64,000 bases of DNA from Acidobacteriota bacterium (GCA_963664705.1 OY761556.1:5248001-5312000), one strand, 5' to 3'; positions 28,801 to 42,181 are shown, counted from the first letter of the stretch. Translations and numbers: made by a program. The notes: a model not told the origin generated them from the letters alone.

Positions 28801-30177
28801 TTATGGCTTTACGGCAATGCGATCCCGGTATTCCCTGGCCTTTTGCAGAATCTGGGTTTCGTTCATTGTCAGAACCTTACCGTCCAGCATCACAACTTTT
28901 CCATTGATAATGGTTGTCTGCACATCGGAGCCCTTGGCGGAATAGACAATTTGGGAATAGACGTTGTACAGGGGCTGCAGATGCGCCCGTCCGGTTTCCA
29001 CGAGGATAAGATCGGCCTTCTTTCCTGTTTCCAGGGATCCGATATCCTTGGCAAGCTGTAGCGCTTTGGCTCCGCCGATTGTCGCCATCTCCAAAACCTG
29101 GAGAGCGGGTACGACAGTGGGGTCCATGGATGAGAGCTTATGCAGTTTTGCGGCAAAGTCCATTGCTTCGAACATGTCCAGATTATTGTTGCTCGCTGCG
29201 CCATCCGTTCCAAGCCCTACCGGAATGCCGGCCGCCAGCATCTGTGGTATGGGTGCGGTGCCGGAAGAGAGCTTCATATTGCTTTCCGGATTGTGCGACA
29301 CGCTCACGCCATGCTTTTGGATAATGCCGAGGTCTTCCTGGCTGAGCCAGACGCCATGGGCGAACAGTACGTTGGGAGCAAGAACGCCGAGGCTTTCCAG
29401 CCACCGTGTCGCGCTCACGCCGTACTTGTCGTGCATTTGCTTTTCTTCGTCCTTTGTTTCCGAGACATGGATGATCAGGGGGACCGAATACTGGTCCGCC
29501 AGCCGTTTGCATTCCTTCAGGGACTCAGCCGTATTGGTATAGGGTGCATGGGGGGCAATGGCTGGAATGATCAGGGGATTAAACTTCCATTGCTCGATAA
29601 AGCGTTTGGCATAAGCCAGAGCCTCGGCGGTTGTCTTATTGTCCGGTGCGGGAAACTGGAGCACGGTTTCCCCGAGGACACCGCGCATTCCTGCGCTCGC
29701 CGTTACTTCCGCAATCTGATCCTCGAAATAATACATATCCGCATAGGTGGTGGTCCCGGACCGAATCATTTCGAGGCATGCCAGTGCCGTACCCCATCGC
29801 ACAAATTCCCGATTCACATTCTTCGCTTCCAGCGGAAAAATGTTTTTTTCAAGCCAGACATCCAGCTTAAGGTCATCCGCGATTCCGCGGAAAAGCGTCA
29901 TGGGCGCATGATTGTGTGTGTTGATGAGCCCCGGAAGAACCACTTTCCCTTTGGCGGAAAGGATGGTTCGCGCTTCATATCGCTTGGATATCTCGACGGC
30001 CGGTCCGATATCAAGAATGCGCTCCCCGCGAACGGCAATCGAACCGTTGTCGATGATGCGCCGGGCCGGATCCATGGTAACGATCATGCCGCCGCTGATA
30101 AGCAGATCGATTTTTTCTTTGGCGCTCAACCCGGAAACGGCGGAGAAAAGCAGAACAAATGTGAGTATATGTTTCAT
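28801..30177 (-). CDS. MtaD-like amidohydrolase (MTA/SAH/nucleoside deaminase) with putative signal peptide
   Basis: PGLINTHNH, HVSET..E, HNPESNMKL, GLGTDGAASNN. Start reassigned to MKHILTFVLLFSAVSGLSA. Confidence 0.85.
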   Translation of the reverse strand: MKHILTFVLLFSAVSGLSAKEKIDLLISGGMIVTMDPARRIIDNGSIAVRGERILDIGPAVEISKRYEARTILSAKGKVVLPGLINTHNHAPMTLFRGIADDLKLDVWLEKNIFPLEAKNVNREFVRWGTALACLEMIRSGTTTYADMYYFEDQIAEVTASAGMRGVLGETVLQFPAPDNKTTAEALAYAKRFIEQWKFNPLIIPAIAPHAPYTNTAESLKECKRLADQYSVPLIIHVSETKDEEKQMHDKYGVSATRWLESLGVLAPNVLFAHGVWLSQEDLGIIQKHGVSVSHNPESNMKLSSGTAPIPQMLAAGIPVGLGTDGAASNNNLDMFEAMDFAAKLHKLSSMDPTVVPALQVLEMATIGGAKALQLAKDIGSLETGKKADLILVETGRAHLQPLYNVYSQIVYSAKGSDVQTTIINGKVVMLDGKVLTMNETQILQKAREYRDRIAVKP

Positions 30178-30203
30178 GGTTACAGGAGCGGACGACTCCG
30201 CCT

Positions 30204-31052
30204 TTATGAGGTGATGGTTGCCAGACGGGGAATGATTCCCGTAAGAAGCGAGCAGAAGGTGTCTTCCACCTGTTTCGTGGTATCCAGGACTTCCTGGTGC
30301 GTCAGTTTCTGCGGGAGAATTCCGGCCGCCATGTTGGTAATACACGATATTCCCAGCACGCGGATTCCCATGTGATTTGCAACAATAACTTCCGGTACGG
30401 TAGACATTCCCACCGCATCGGCTCCCAAAAGACGGCACATGCGGATTTCGGCCGGCGTTTCGTAACTTGGGCCGAGCAATCCGATGTAGACGCCCTGGCG
30501 AAGCTGGATCGCCTTTTCGCCGGCAAATTCCAGGGTCATTTCCCGCATTTGCGGATCATAGGCATGGCTCATGTCGGGAAATCGCGGACCCAATTCATCG
30601 ATGTTCTTTCCAACCAGGGGATTGGTTCCCGTCATGTTGATGTGGTCGGTAATCACCATCAGGTCGCCGGGCTTAAAGCCGGTATTGATCCCACCCGCCG
30701 CGTTCGTGACGATGAGCTGACGGATCCCGAGAGAGCCGAGCACCCTGGCCGGATATACAACATCCGCAACAGGATACCCCTCATACAGATGCACTCGCCC
30801 CTGCAACGCGATCACGGGCACACCGGCCACGGTTCCAATAACCAGGCTGCCGGAATGACCGACCACTGTAGAAGACGGAAAATGGGGAATGGCGCTGAAG
30901 GGAATAACGGTCTTTTGGGTGATGGATTCCGCAAACAGCCCGAGGCCAGAGCCTAAAACAATGCCAAGGCTCGGCCTGTGCGGGCTTTGACTGCGAACGA
31001 ATTCGACCGTCTCTTTTAGTTTTTGATACACGGCCAACCGTGCGTTCATCAA
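30204..31052 (-). CDS. punA: Purine-nucleoside phosphorylase (trimeric PNP-I type)
   Basis: GIVLGSGLG, QGRVHLYEG, TNAAGGIN, GPSYETPAE, VGMSTVPE. Confidence 0.93.
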   Translation of the reverse strand: MMNARLAVYQKLKETVEFVRSQSPHRPSLGIVLGSGLGLFAESITQKTVIPFSAIPHFPSSTVVGHSGSLVIGTVAGVPVIALQGRVHLYEGYPVADVVYPARVLGSLGIRQLIVTNAAGGINTGFKPGDLMVITDHINMTGTNPLVGKNIDELGPRFPDMSHAYDPQMREMTLEFAGEKAIQLRQGVYIGLLGPSYETPAEIRMCRLLGADAVGMSTVPEVIVANHMGIRVLGISCITNMAAGILPQKLTHQEVLDTTKQVEDTFCSLLTGIIPRLATITS

Positions 31053-31145
31053 AAAAATTGTATCTATCGGACCTAAAGGGGGGTGAACCCGGTCTGAACC
31101 GATAGGAAATACCAGTCAGAAAATCTGGAAAAGCCTGAGGTCCGG

Positions 31146-31343
31146 TTACGGACGAACGCTGCGCATCTTTTTCCGCAGGCGTTTGCGGGCTAAAGCTTGT
31201 TTGATGCGTTTCTTTTCGCCAGGTTTGAGGTAGAACGAGTGTTTCTTGACGTCCTTGATGATATCTTCCTGCTGAACCTTGCGTTTGAAGCGCCGAAGTG
31301 CGCTTTCGAGGGATTCACCTTCGTTTAAAATGACTTCCGCCAA
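31146..31343 (-). CDS. rpsU: 30S ribosomal protein S21
   Basis: ESLESALRRFKRKV...FYLKPGEKKR; TTG start after GGAGG. Confidence 0.95.
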   Translation of the reverse strand: MAEVILNEGESLESALRRFKRKVQQEDIIKDVKKHSFYLKPGEKKRIKQALARKRLRKKMRSVRP

Positions 31344-31514
31344 TCCAGAACACCTCCCTTCGTGACGGCACAATGTACTCTTAGCTTGTTCGCCTGTCAA
31401 GGCTTACTAGCAACAGCCGGTGCTGGGCAATCGGCTGTGAAGATCGGGCTTTTGCGCGGAATTACAAATGCAAAGCCCAATTTTTGCTGTGAGTCACTGC
31501 CGACTGCCGGCTAG

Positions 31515-33953
31515 TTACTGCCCGCCGCTTTCCTCGCCGGCGACGACAGTGACGCTGGCAACATAGTCCCCTTCTTCAATATCAATGCACTTGACCCCCA
31601 CCGCCGCTCGGGTCTGAGTATTGCGAATGTCGTCCGTATAGAGCTGAATAAGCTTGCCTTGCGCCGTGATCAGCATGACGGAGGATTCATCCTGCACATG
31701 GCAGGTATTGACGACGGTGCCGTTTTTCGATCCGACTTTGATGTTGATCACGCCGGACCCGCCGCGTCCCTGGCACGGATATTCTTCCACGTCGGTTCGT
31801 TTCCCGAATCCCTTTTCGGTCACGGTAAGAAACTGCCCGGGTCCTTTGAAGGCAGCCATGGCGACAACTTTATCGTCTCCCGACATGCGCACGCCAATGA
31901 CTCCACGGGCAGTTCGCCCCATCTGGCGCACATCCTTCTCGGAAAACCGGATGGCTTTTCCCATGCGTGTGGCCAGAAGGACATCAAACGAACCATCGGT
32001 GAGCTGGCAGCCGATCAGTTCATCATCTTCCGGCACGAAGATCCCGATGATCCCGGAGCTTCGCGGGTTGGCGTATTCAGCCAAAGCCGATTTCTTCACA
32101 ATGCCGTTGCGGGTCGCCATCAGGACGCACTGGTCGGTGTCAAAATTCTTCACGGCAATGATGTCGGCAATCTTTTCGTCCTTGCCCAGATTCACGAGGT
32201 TTACGATCGCTTTTCCCTTGCCGGCGGTCCCTACATCCGGAATCTCATAGACCTTCAACCAGTAAACCTGGCCGCGATTCGTGAATACCAGCAGGTAGCT
32301 GTGCGTGGAAGCGACAAAAACGTGATCGATAAAGTCTTCGTCTCGGGTTGTCATCCCGATACGACCCTTTCCGCCACGCCCCTGAGGTCGATAGAGGGAC
32401 GCTGCCGTCCGTTTGATATACCCGGAGTGCGTAACGGTAATAACCACGTCCTCGTCGGCAATCAGGTCTTCGAGGGTGATTTCAACTTCCTCGTCGACGA
32501 TCTGCGTCCGCCGGGCATCCCGATAGGTTTTTTGCACTTCCCTCAACTCTTCGATGACGACGCCTTCCAGGACTTTCTCGCTGGCCAGGATTTCCTTCAA
32601 CCTGGCAATGAGCTTCAGAATTTCTTCATATTCCGCGATTATCTTTTCGCGTTCCAACCCGGTAAGGCGCTGCAGGCGCATTTCGAGAATCGCCTGGGCC
32701 TGCACGGCGCTGAACTGGAACTGCGTCATCAGTCCGTCCTTGGCCACGGCCGGTTCTTTGGACGCACGGATCAACGCGATGACCTGATCCAGCAGGTCCA
32801 AGGCACGCTTCAGTCCTTCCAATATATGCGCCCTGGTTTCCGCTTTTCGCAATTCAAAGATGGTTCTGCGGCGTACAACATCTTTCCGGTGCTCGATGAA
32901 GCAGCTGAGCGCTTCTCGCAGATTCAGGATTTTGGGCTGATTCTGCACAATAGCCAGCAGGATGATCCCGAAACTGCTCTGCATGGGGGTCATTTTGTAG
33001 AGATTGTTCAGAACGACCTGGGCCGGCTCGTCTTTTTTAAGCTCGATGAAGATGCGCATCCCTTCGCGATCCGATTCGTCACGAAGATCCGAGATGCCTT
33101 CGATTTTTTTGTCCCGGACCAACTCCGCAATGCGCTCTATGAGTTTCGCTTTATTGACCTGGTATGGGATTTCGGTAACTACAATCGCCTCTCGATCGCG
33201 TGAGACCTTCTCGATGGCCGCCCGCGCACGCATAACGATAATTCCGCGGCCGTTTTCGTAGGCGGTCCGAATGCCGCTGCGCCCGTAGATAAATCCTGCC
33301 GTGGGAAAATCCGGACCCGGCACAAAGGCCATAATCTCATCCAGCGTAGCCGCCGGGTTTTCAATCAAAAGAACCGTCGCATCAATAATTTCGGAAAGGT
33401 TGTGGGGTGGAACATTGGTGGCCATCCCGACCGCAATGCCGGACGATCCATTTACGAGAAGGTTTGGAAACCTGGCCGGCAGGACCAGCGGCTCCGTGAG
33501 CGAGTCGTCGTAGTTCGGCCCGAAATCGACGGTTTCTTTGTCCAGATCAGTCAGCAGCTCGTCGGTAAGCCGCGCCATCCTTACTTCGGTGTACCGCATG
33601 GCCGCTGCATTGTCGCCGTCGATAGAGCCAAAGTTGCCCTGGCCGTCTATCAGTGGGTAACGAACAGAGAAATCCTGAACCAGGCGGACCATGGTGTCAT
33701 AAACGGCACTGTCGCCATGCGGATGATACTTACCGATGACATCGCCGACAATGCGCGCCGATTTTTTGTAGGGCTTATTGTGCGTGTTCCCCAAATCGTA
33801 CATGGCATAGAGCACGCGCCGATGGACCGGCTTGAGCCCGTCGCGCGCATCCGGCAGGGCTCTGCCGATGATGACGCTCATTGCATAGTCCAGATAGGAC
33901 TTCCGCATTTCGTCGATAATATTTACAGGGATCTGTTCAAGAGCTTCATCCAT
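31515..33953 (-). CDS. gyrA: DNA gyrase subunit A
   Basis: [17 protein letters not shown], GyrA-box QGRGGKG. Confidence 0.98.
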   Translation of the reverse strand: MDEALEQIPVNIIDEMRKSYLDYAMSVIIGRALPDARDGLKPVHRRVLYAMYDLGNTHNKPYKKSARIVGDVIGKYHPHGDSAVYDTMVRLVQDFSVRYPLIDGQGNFGSIDGDNAAAMRYTEVRMARLTDELLTDLDKETVDFGPNYDDSLTEPLVLPARFPNLLVNGSSGIAVGMATNVPPHNLSEIIDATVLLIENPAATLDEIMAFVPGPDFPTAGFIYGRSGIRTAYENGRGIIVMRARAAIEKVSRDREAIVVTEIPYQVNKAKLIERIAELVRDKKIEGISDLRDESDREGMRIFIELKKDEPAQVVLNNLYKMTPMQSSFGIILLAIVQNQPKILNLREALSCFIEHRKDVVRRRTIFELRKAETRAHILEGLKRALDLLDQVIALIRASKEPAVAKDGLMTQFQFSAVQAQAILEMRLQRLTGLEREKIIAEYEEILKLIARLKEILASEKVLEGVVIEELREVQKTYRDARRTQIVDEEVEITLEDLIADEDVVITVTHSGYIKRTAASLYRPQGRGGKGRIGMTTRDEDFIDHVFVASTHSYLLVFTNRGQVYWLKVYEIPDVGTAGKGKAIVNLVNLGKDEKIADIIAVKNFDTDQCVLMATRNGIVKKSALAEYANPRSSGIIGIFVPEDDELIGCQLTDGSFDVLLATRMGKAIRFSEKDVRQMGRTARGVIGVRMSGDDKVVAMAAFKGPGQFLTVTEKGFGKRTDVEEYPCQGRGGSGVINIKVGSKNGTVVNTCHVQDESSVMLITAQGKLIQLYTDDIRNTQTRAAVGVKCIDIEEGDYVASVTVVAGEESGGQ

Positions 33954-33969
33954 GAGAGGCGCTTCAATC

Positions 33970-36450
<2,481 letters not shown>

Positions 36451-36862
36451 TCACTTTTGGGTTGAGATTCAATGGATCTGGAAATGCTACAAACTATTTA
36501 TTTCCAACAAATTATTTGATCCATTCCAACGGTGAAAGTATACCACAATCCAACCGCGATTCAGAGCGAAATTCTTCTCGGAAATAGAACAATAAATTTT
36601 TTATTTTCAATAATTTACAATTGTGATTTCCCGCCGCCCGATACTTGGGCCGGCGCATCGTCGGAAACGGAGTTTTTCCCGGTCAAAAAAGGCGATTTTA
36701 GGAGATTTCTGCCTCTGCGCTTTTTCCATTTACGCGGCTCGGACATTTGAGGGTAAAGCGGATGCAAGTTATTGAAAAATAAAGAAGCTTACTGAAAAAA
36801 ACGCGTTTAAGAATTGCCACCCCGGGACCAGCGAGGAACAACTTCAGAGGCGGAGATCGGGT

Positions 36863-37960
36863 TTAGAGCGGAGAGACGACCCCGTCTTTTACGCCAAAGC
36901 ATCGCGTATCCACCGGCATGAAGGGGAGGAGAAAGTCTTTGGCCGAGGTAAGAAAAAGCTGAGTCCGTTCGGCAATGTACTGAAGGAAGGTTCGTAACCG
37001 CTGTTCATCCAATTCCGCTTCGGCATCATCTACGAGGAATACGGGATAAAAGCCGTGAAACCGATGGTGGATTTCCATTTGAGAAAAATAGAGAGACAGC
37101 AGTCCGGAACGCTGTTGGCCTGCCGACCCGAAGTCAATGAGCGACTTACCGTTAACAAATAGCTTGAGGTCGTCCCGGTGTGGACCGACAGAAGTATATC
37201 CCGTTCTCAGATCATTCGGGCGTGCCTGCAGGAGTCGCGCCCGAAACTGTTCTTCGATCTGCGCCACGGCATCACTATCGGTGGTGACAGTGGAGAGATA
37301 GTGCATTTTCAGAACTTCAGTTCCGAATAATCCCAAAGGCACCTGGCGTTTCATCTCCTCGGTGTATTGCCAGCGGTGCCAGAGAATTCTCGCGCCCGGC
37401 TTTACAAGGGATTCATCCCAGCTGTCGAGGAGATTTGGATCTACGCGTACATTCCCGTCGCGACCCGTCGCCAAAACCCTGTTTCTTTGCTTCAGAGCCC
37501 TTTCGTAGGCTGCCAAATGAGATACGTGCCCCGGGTATAGGGTAACCATCGCCCGATCAAGGAAAGCCCTTCTGTCCGCAGGTGCGCCGCGTACAACTTT
37601 CAGATGTTCGTGAGTGAATGCCAGCAGATGCAGGTTTCCTACAAACTGATCGATGGATGCCGGCTTGCCGAACAGGAAAAGCTTTTTCTCTTCGCGGCCG
37701 ATGGATATTTTGAGATTGCGCGTCAGGCTCCCGTGCTCGACGGTCCCTTCGATGACGCATTGATTCTGGTTGTGCCGGATGCAGTCCTTGGGAGTCGATG
37801 TACGAAAACTCCTTCCGTACCCGAGAAGATACATCGCTTCCAGTAGATTGGTTTTTCCCTGGCCATTCCTCCCTGACAGAAGATTTGTTCCCTCTGCGGG
37901 AGATAATTCCAGTTCCTCGATGTTGCGATAGTTGAAAAGACGCAGCTTTGTTAGATGCAC
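36863..37960 (-). CDS. recF: DNA replication/repair protein RecF
   Basis: GRNGQGKTNLLEA, GPHRDD, SAGQQR, LVDD..AELD; position between dnaN and gyrB. Confidence 0.95.
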   Translation of the reverse strand: MHLTKLRLFNYRNIEELELSPAEGTNLLSGRNGQGKTNLLEAMYLLGYGRSFRTSTPKDCIRHNQNQCVIEGTVEHGSLTRNLKISIGREEKKLFLFGKPASIDQFVGNLHLLAFTHEHLKVVRGAPADRRAFLDRAMVTLYPGHVSHLAAYERALKQRNRVLATGRDGNVRVDPNLLDSWDESLVKPGARILWHRWQYTEEMKRQVPLGLFGTEVLKMHYLSTVTTDSDAVAQIEEQFRARLLQARPNDLRTGYTSVGPHRDDLKLFVNGKSLIDFGSAGQQRSGLLSLYFSQMEIHHRFHGFYPVFLVDDAEAELDEQRLRTFLQYIAERTQLFLTSAKDFLLPFMPVDTRCFGVKDGVVSPL

Positions 37961-39069
37961 TAAAATTTCATTGGCATCACGACATACCTGTATTCCATAT
38001 CGGATGCCGTAACGGGCTTGAGCAAGCCCTGGGTTTCAGAGTCTTTGAGCGAAATGATAATCGATTCCGCCGCGCAGACTCCGAGAAAGTCGAGAAGATA
38101 TTGGGGATTGAATCCGATGTCCAGAGCATCTCCATCGAATTCCACCGGCACCACTTCCCTGGCTTCTCCAGCCTCAGCACTGCTGGCGGTCAGCTCCAGC
38201 GTGCCGGCCTTGAACGACAGCTTGATGGCTCGCAGCTTTTCATCCGACATGATGGCTGCCCGGCGTATTCCATCCACAAGCTCCCTGGTGGATGAGGTAA
38301 TGTTTTTGTCGTTATCGCGAGGCACGACAAGTTCATAGTTTGGAAACTGTCCGGCCAAAATCCGGGAAACAAGCCGTTTGCTTCCCACGGAGAAAAACAG
38401 GTGATTTTCGTCGCGGCCGAATTCTACCAGCATGTCCTGCTCGCCGATCAGCTTCTGTAGTTCGACAAGAGTCTTGCGCGGAATCAAGGCGCGAACTTCC
38501 AAATCGACTCCGGGTATTTCCATACCTTTGCTCACCAACGCCAGCCGATGTCCGTCCGTGGCCACCATGCGGATATCGTTGGGCATGAGGACCAGCAACG
38601 CCCCATTCAGCGAGTATCGTGATTCCTCCTGCGTTATGGCAAACATCGTCCGCTGAATCATGTTCCGCAACAGAAAACCAGGGATCTGTGCAGTCGTCGC
38701 CGCCGGCTCGGGGATTGAGGGGAAATTTTCTTTCGGCAAAGCCACAATCTTGTATTGGGAGTTCCCGGAGTGCAGCTGTACCCAGTCATTTTCCATCAGC
38801 GAGAAAGCGATATCGGCTCCATCGGGAAGAAGCCGAACGATATCGAAGAGCCTTCTTGCGGAAATGGTCGTCGTCCCTTCACTCTCCACCGATGCAGGGC
38901 AGCCGCAGCGGATCGTCACATCCAAATCTGTCGCGGCAATGTCGAGGTGACCACCCGAAGCTTCCAACAAAATATTGGAAAGGATAGGAATGGTACTTTT
39001 CTTCTCAATGACACCCTGTACCAAATTGAGTTCATTCAACAGCTCGTTCCTGGTAACCGTGAATTTCAT
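37960..39069 (-). CDS. dnaN: DNA polymerase III beta clamp
   Basis: IPILSN, ATDLD, VATDGHRL, FPNY, GFNPQYLLD, VVMPM. Confidence 0.98.
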   Translation of the reverse strand: MKFTVTRNELLNELNLVQGVIEKKSTIPILSNILLEASGGHLDIAATDLDVTIRCGCPASVESEGTTTISARRLFDIVRLLPDGADIAFSLMENDWVQLHSGNSQYKIVALPKENFPSIPEPAATTAQIPGFLLRNMIQRTMFAITQEESRYSLNGALLVLMPNDIRMVATDGHRLALVSKGMEIPGVDLEVRALIPRKTLVELQKLIGEQDMLVEFGRDENHLFFSVGSKRLVSRILAGQFPNYELVVPRDNDKNITSSTRELVDGIRRAAIMSDEKLRAIKLSFKAGTLELTASSAEAGEAREVVPVEFDGDALDIGFNPQYLLDFLGVCAAESIIISLKDSETQGLLKPVTASDMEYRYVVMPMKF

Positions 39070-39189
39070 GAATGACGCTCCTTGGGGAAAGAAGGAAGAC
39101 CACGATCTTTTTGAAGGACCGATTATACCGCGTCTGTAAATTTATGCTTCAGGAAAAAACCACACTTCCAGCGATTGTTTTCTGCTTCT

Positions 39190-39440
39190 ACTAAAATTAT
39201 GACAGATATTGATACTAGTAGAAGTAGAAGGTCGTGTGGATATGTGGAAAACAGGCTTAAAGCTATTTGAGATAGCAGGATAGAAAGTGCAAGCATTCCA
39301 GGCTCGCCTGTGAAAATATGCCAGTTTTTGTGGAAAAAAACGGATGAGGAAAAATCCACAGGGTTCTAAAAATGATGTTTTGTGGAAAAAGATATAAAAC
39401 AAACAAAATCAATAATATACACTGTGTAAATCCCTGTTAA
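39190..39440. other. Chromosomal replication origin (oriC) with DnaA boxes, DnaA-trios and AT-rich unwinding element
   Basis: TAG TAG AAG TAG AAG (39216-39230), then GTCG, then overlapping boxes TGTGGATAT/TGTGGAAAA (39235-39251). More boxes at 39329, 39352 and 39381. Lies in the dnaA-dnaN intergenic region. Confidence 0.9.
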
Positions 39441-39549
39441 AAACTTATGGGCGGTCACAGGCCGATTGTCTTCAGAACGATCGTAACGAAGACGCAAGGA
39501 TCCCCCGACCCGACTTCTGTTGCCGATACCTAAAGACAGAGGGCTGGTT

Positions 39550-40872
39550 TTACCGAAGTGATTTCATGATCGAGTTCACTGCAGCGGAGATTTCTGAATC
39601 CTTCTTCTTCAGCGAATCGATCTTGCGAATGGAGTGAAGAACCGTGGTGTGGTGCTTTCCGCCAAAGTCCTTGCCGATCTGAGGCAGGGATTGGTTGGTA
39701 AGCTCTTTGCAGATATACATCGCGATTTGACGCGGTACGGCAATGGGTTTTGAATTGTTCTTGGCTTTAAGCTGCGCCGGCTTCAGCGAAAAGAAAGAGG
39801 CGACAGCCCGGAGAACCGCTTCGGAGGACACCGATGGATTCTGATCCGTGGTGAATCCTTTCAAGACCTCCTTGGCGTAGAACAGATCGATTTCCGATAC
39901 ATCCATTCCGTCAAGAGAGGCTCGAGCATTAAGCCGGTTCAATGCGCCTTCGAGCTCGCGCACATTGGAGCGGATACCGCTTGCAATGTAGATGGCAACA
40001 TCATCCCTGAGTTTGAAGGAATCCGATTCGGCCTTCTTTCTGAGGATTGCCAGCTTGGTTTCGAGGTCAGGCGGCTGGATATCTGCAATCAAGCCCCATT
40101 CAAACCGGGAATGCAGTCTCTCTTCCAGCGTTGGAATCTGTTTTGGAGCGCAGTCACTGGTAATGACAATCTGCTTCTGTGCGTCATACAGTGCGTTAAA
40201 GGTATGGAAAAACTCCTCCTGGGTGCGTTCCTTTCCCGCTATAAACTGGATGTCGTCCATGAGCAGGACGTCAATGTTTCGGTATTTCTGACGGAATTGA
40301 ATGGTGCGTTCGTACCGAATTGCATTGACCAGCTCATTCATGAATTTTTCGGAGGACATGTAGGTCATCCGGACATTCCGGTTCCGCTTCTGAATGAGAT
40401 TGCCGATAGCGTGCATGAGGTGCGTTTTTCCGAGGCCGACGCCGCCATACAGGTAAAGCGGGTTGTATGCTTTGGAAGGGCGTTCGGCTACAGCCAGGGA
40501 CGCAGCGCAGGCAAGCTGATTACTTGTTCCCACAACAAAAGAGTCAAACGTATACTTGGGGATCAACAAAGGCTGAGAATCGGAGGTCGAAGCGACCGGG
40601 GAAGCGGAAGACAGTTCCACCGCATCCGTCGCAGAGGATCCCTCAATGGAAACCTGCAGAGTCAGCGGAGCTTTGGCAATTTCGGTGGCAGCACGCAGCA
40701 ACAGCTCCGAGTAATTCTCGAGGAGGCAGTTTTTGAAAACCTCTGTCGGAACCGTCAGCCGCAATACACCATTCTCACGTCCCTGATACGATATCGGTTT
40801 AAACCAGGTATCGTAGCATTGACGATTGGTATGCTTCTGAACGGTAGAGAGGACGTGGTGCCAGAAATCCAT
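39550..40872 (-). CDS. dnaA: Chromosomal replication initiator DnaA
   Basis: YTFDSFVVG, YNPLYLYGGVGLGKTHL, LMDDIQF, NVRELEGAL, HTTVLHS. Start reassigned to MDFW. Confidence 0.98.
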   Translation of the reverse strand: MDFWHHVLSTVQKHTNRQCYDTWFKPISYQGRENGVLRLTVPTEVFKNCLLENYSELLLRAATEIAKAPLTLQVSIEGSSATDAVELSSASPVASTSDSQPLLIPKYTFDSFVVGTSNQLACAASLAVAERPSKAYNPLYLYGGVGLGKTHLMHAIGNLIQKRNRNVRMTYMSSEKFMNELVNAIRYERTIQFRQKYRNIDVLLMDDIQFIAGKERTQEEFFHTFNALYDAQKQIVITSDCAPKQIPTLEERLHSRFEWGLIADIQPPDLETKLAILRKKAESDSFKLRDDVAIYIASGIRSNVRELEGALNRLNARASLDGMDVSEIDLFYAKEVLKGFTTDQNPSVSSEAVLRAVASFFSLKPAQLKAKNNSKPIAVPRQIAMYICKELTNQSLPQIGKDFGGKHHTTVLHSIRKIDSLKKKDSEISAAVNSIMKSLR

Positions 40873-40917
40873 ATTTGATTTACCAGGTGCTTCTATACCA
40901 GCTAACGGAACTCGAAC

Positions 40918-40949
40918 TTTTCCACAGAGTTTTCCACAGCTGTGGAAAA
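40918..40949. promoter_or_regulatory. Cluster of three DnaA boxes upstream of dnaA
   Basis: TTTTCCACA at 40918 and 40930; inverted TGTGGAAAA at 40941. Confidence 0.85.
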
Positions 40950-41410
40950 CACAAATAGATTCGAAACAGTCAGGCTTTATTTGATCCTGCTGTTCACTTC
41001 GAATCGAAATGTCAGGATTTCGCGGAACCTCGCGTTTGTTTTTCTCAACAACGGGCGTGAAAGTTAGCATACGCGATTCTCCACATTCAACAAAAAAATC
41101 GCTATTTGGGTTTTTTGTCACAAATCAATGAATGCCAGTAACGACGCGGGTTTCAGCGTTGGTGACGATGTAAAATACTGAAAAATAAAGGGGCAGGATA
41201 GGACTGGAGAATATGAAAATTCCTACCGAAATAAAAATAGGAAATTAGATAATATTTTTTGATTAAGACGTGTCCTCTTTTGCAAAACACGCGTCCCTAG
41301 CCGATACGGGGTTCCATCGGTACGGCCGGCCCGATACTAAAAGCATAGTTATAAGCTAACGGGCAGATTCCGGCGTGATAGAAATCACTGTAAATTCGCG
41401 GATGAAAGGC

Positions 41411-41896
41411 TTAGAGATTGGAGAAATAGGGAAGCAATCGATTGTAGGTAGCAGGCAATTCTTCAGGAAGGACGCGGGTTTCACCCACTACGGAAACAAA
41501 GTTCGAATCGCCCACCCAGCGAGGCAGAATGTGCATGTGCAGGTGATGTTCAACTCCGGCTCCGGCGGCGCGTCCAAGATTGAACCCCATATTGAATCCA
41601 TTCGGATGGTATTCCCGGCGCAGAGCGTCTTCACAGACACGTCCAAGATCGATGATTTCGTGGAGTTCTTCCGGTTGCGCTTCCGAGAGTGAAGCGATAT
41701 GGCGGTTCGCGACGCACATCAGGTGGCCGGAAGTATAGGGAAAGAGATTCAGAATGACGAAGGCGTGTTTGCCGCGATACAAGAGATAGTTGGCGGCGTC
41801 GCGCGTCTCCTGCAAAAGGCGGCAGAAGACACACTCCGGCGCCTGTTCAGCTGTGCGGATATATTCGAATCGCCACGGAGTCCAGAGGCGGTCCAT
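41411..41896 (-). CDS. HIT-family (FHIT/Ap4A phosphorylase-like) hydrolase
   Basis: LWTPWR, CVFC, NLFPYTSGHLM, HLHMHILPRW. Confidence 0.92.
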   Translation of the reverse strand: MDRLWTPWRFEYIRTAEQAPECVFCRLLQETRDAANYLLYRGKHAFVILNLFPYTSGHLMCVANRHIASLSEAQPEELHEIIDLGRVCEDALRREYHPNGFNMGFNLGRAAGAGVEHHLHMHILPRWVGDSNFVSVVGETRVLPEELPATYNRLLPYFSNL

Positions 41897-42171
41897 TACA
41901 GATTGACAAGGTCCTTGATTTCTTTACCCGGCTTGAAATAAGGGACCTTTTTGGCCGGTACGCTGACGCCCGTGCCGGTTTTCGGATTTCGTCCCTGGCG
42001 GGAAGACCGGTTACGGATGCGGAACGAGCCGAACCCGCGAAGCTCGATTTTTTCGCCGCGCTGCAGTGATTCGGTAATGCTGTCCAAGACGGTCTGGACG
42101 ATAACTTCGGCATCCTTCTTGGTCAGTTCCGACTCATTGGCAACTTCTTCGACAAGTTCTGCTTTTGTCAT
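41896..42171 (-). CDS. ihfB: Integration host factor beta / HU-family protein
   Basis: MTKAELV, IELRGFGSF, GRNPKTG, FKPGKE; rpsA-sppA-ihfB synteny. Confidence 0.85.
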   Translation of the reverse strand: MTKAELVEEVANESELTKKDAEVIVQTVLDSITESLQRGEKIELRGFGSFRIRNRSSRQGRNPKTGTGVSVPAKKVPYFKPGKEIKDLVNL

Positions 42172-42181
42172 TTCTGTCTCC

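Noticed and set aside
40873-41121. 83-aa N-terminal extension of DnaA in the ORF track
   Set aside because: It runs through the DnaA-box and promoter region; domain I begins at MDFW (40872).
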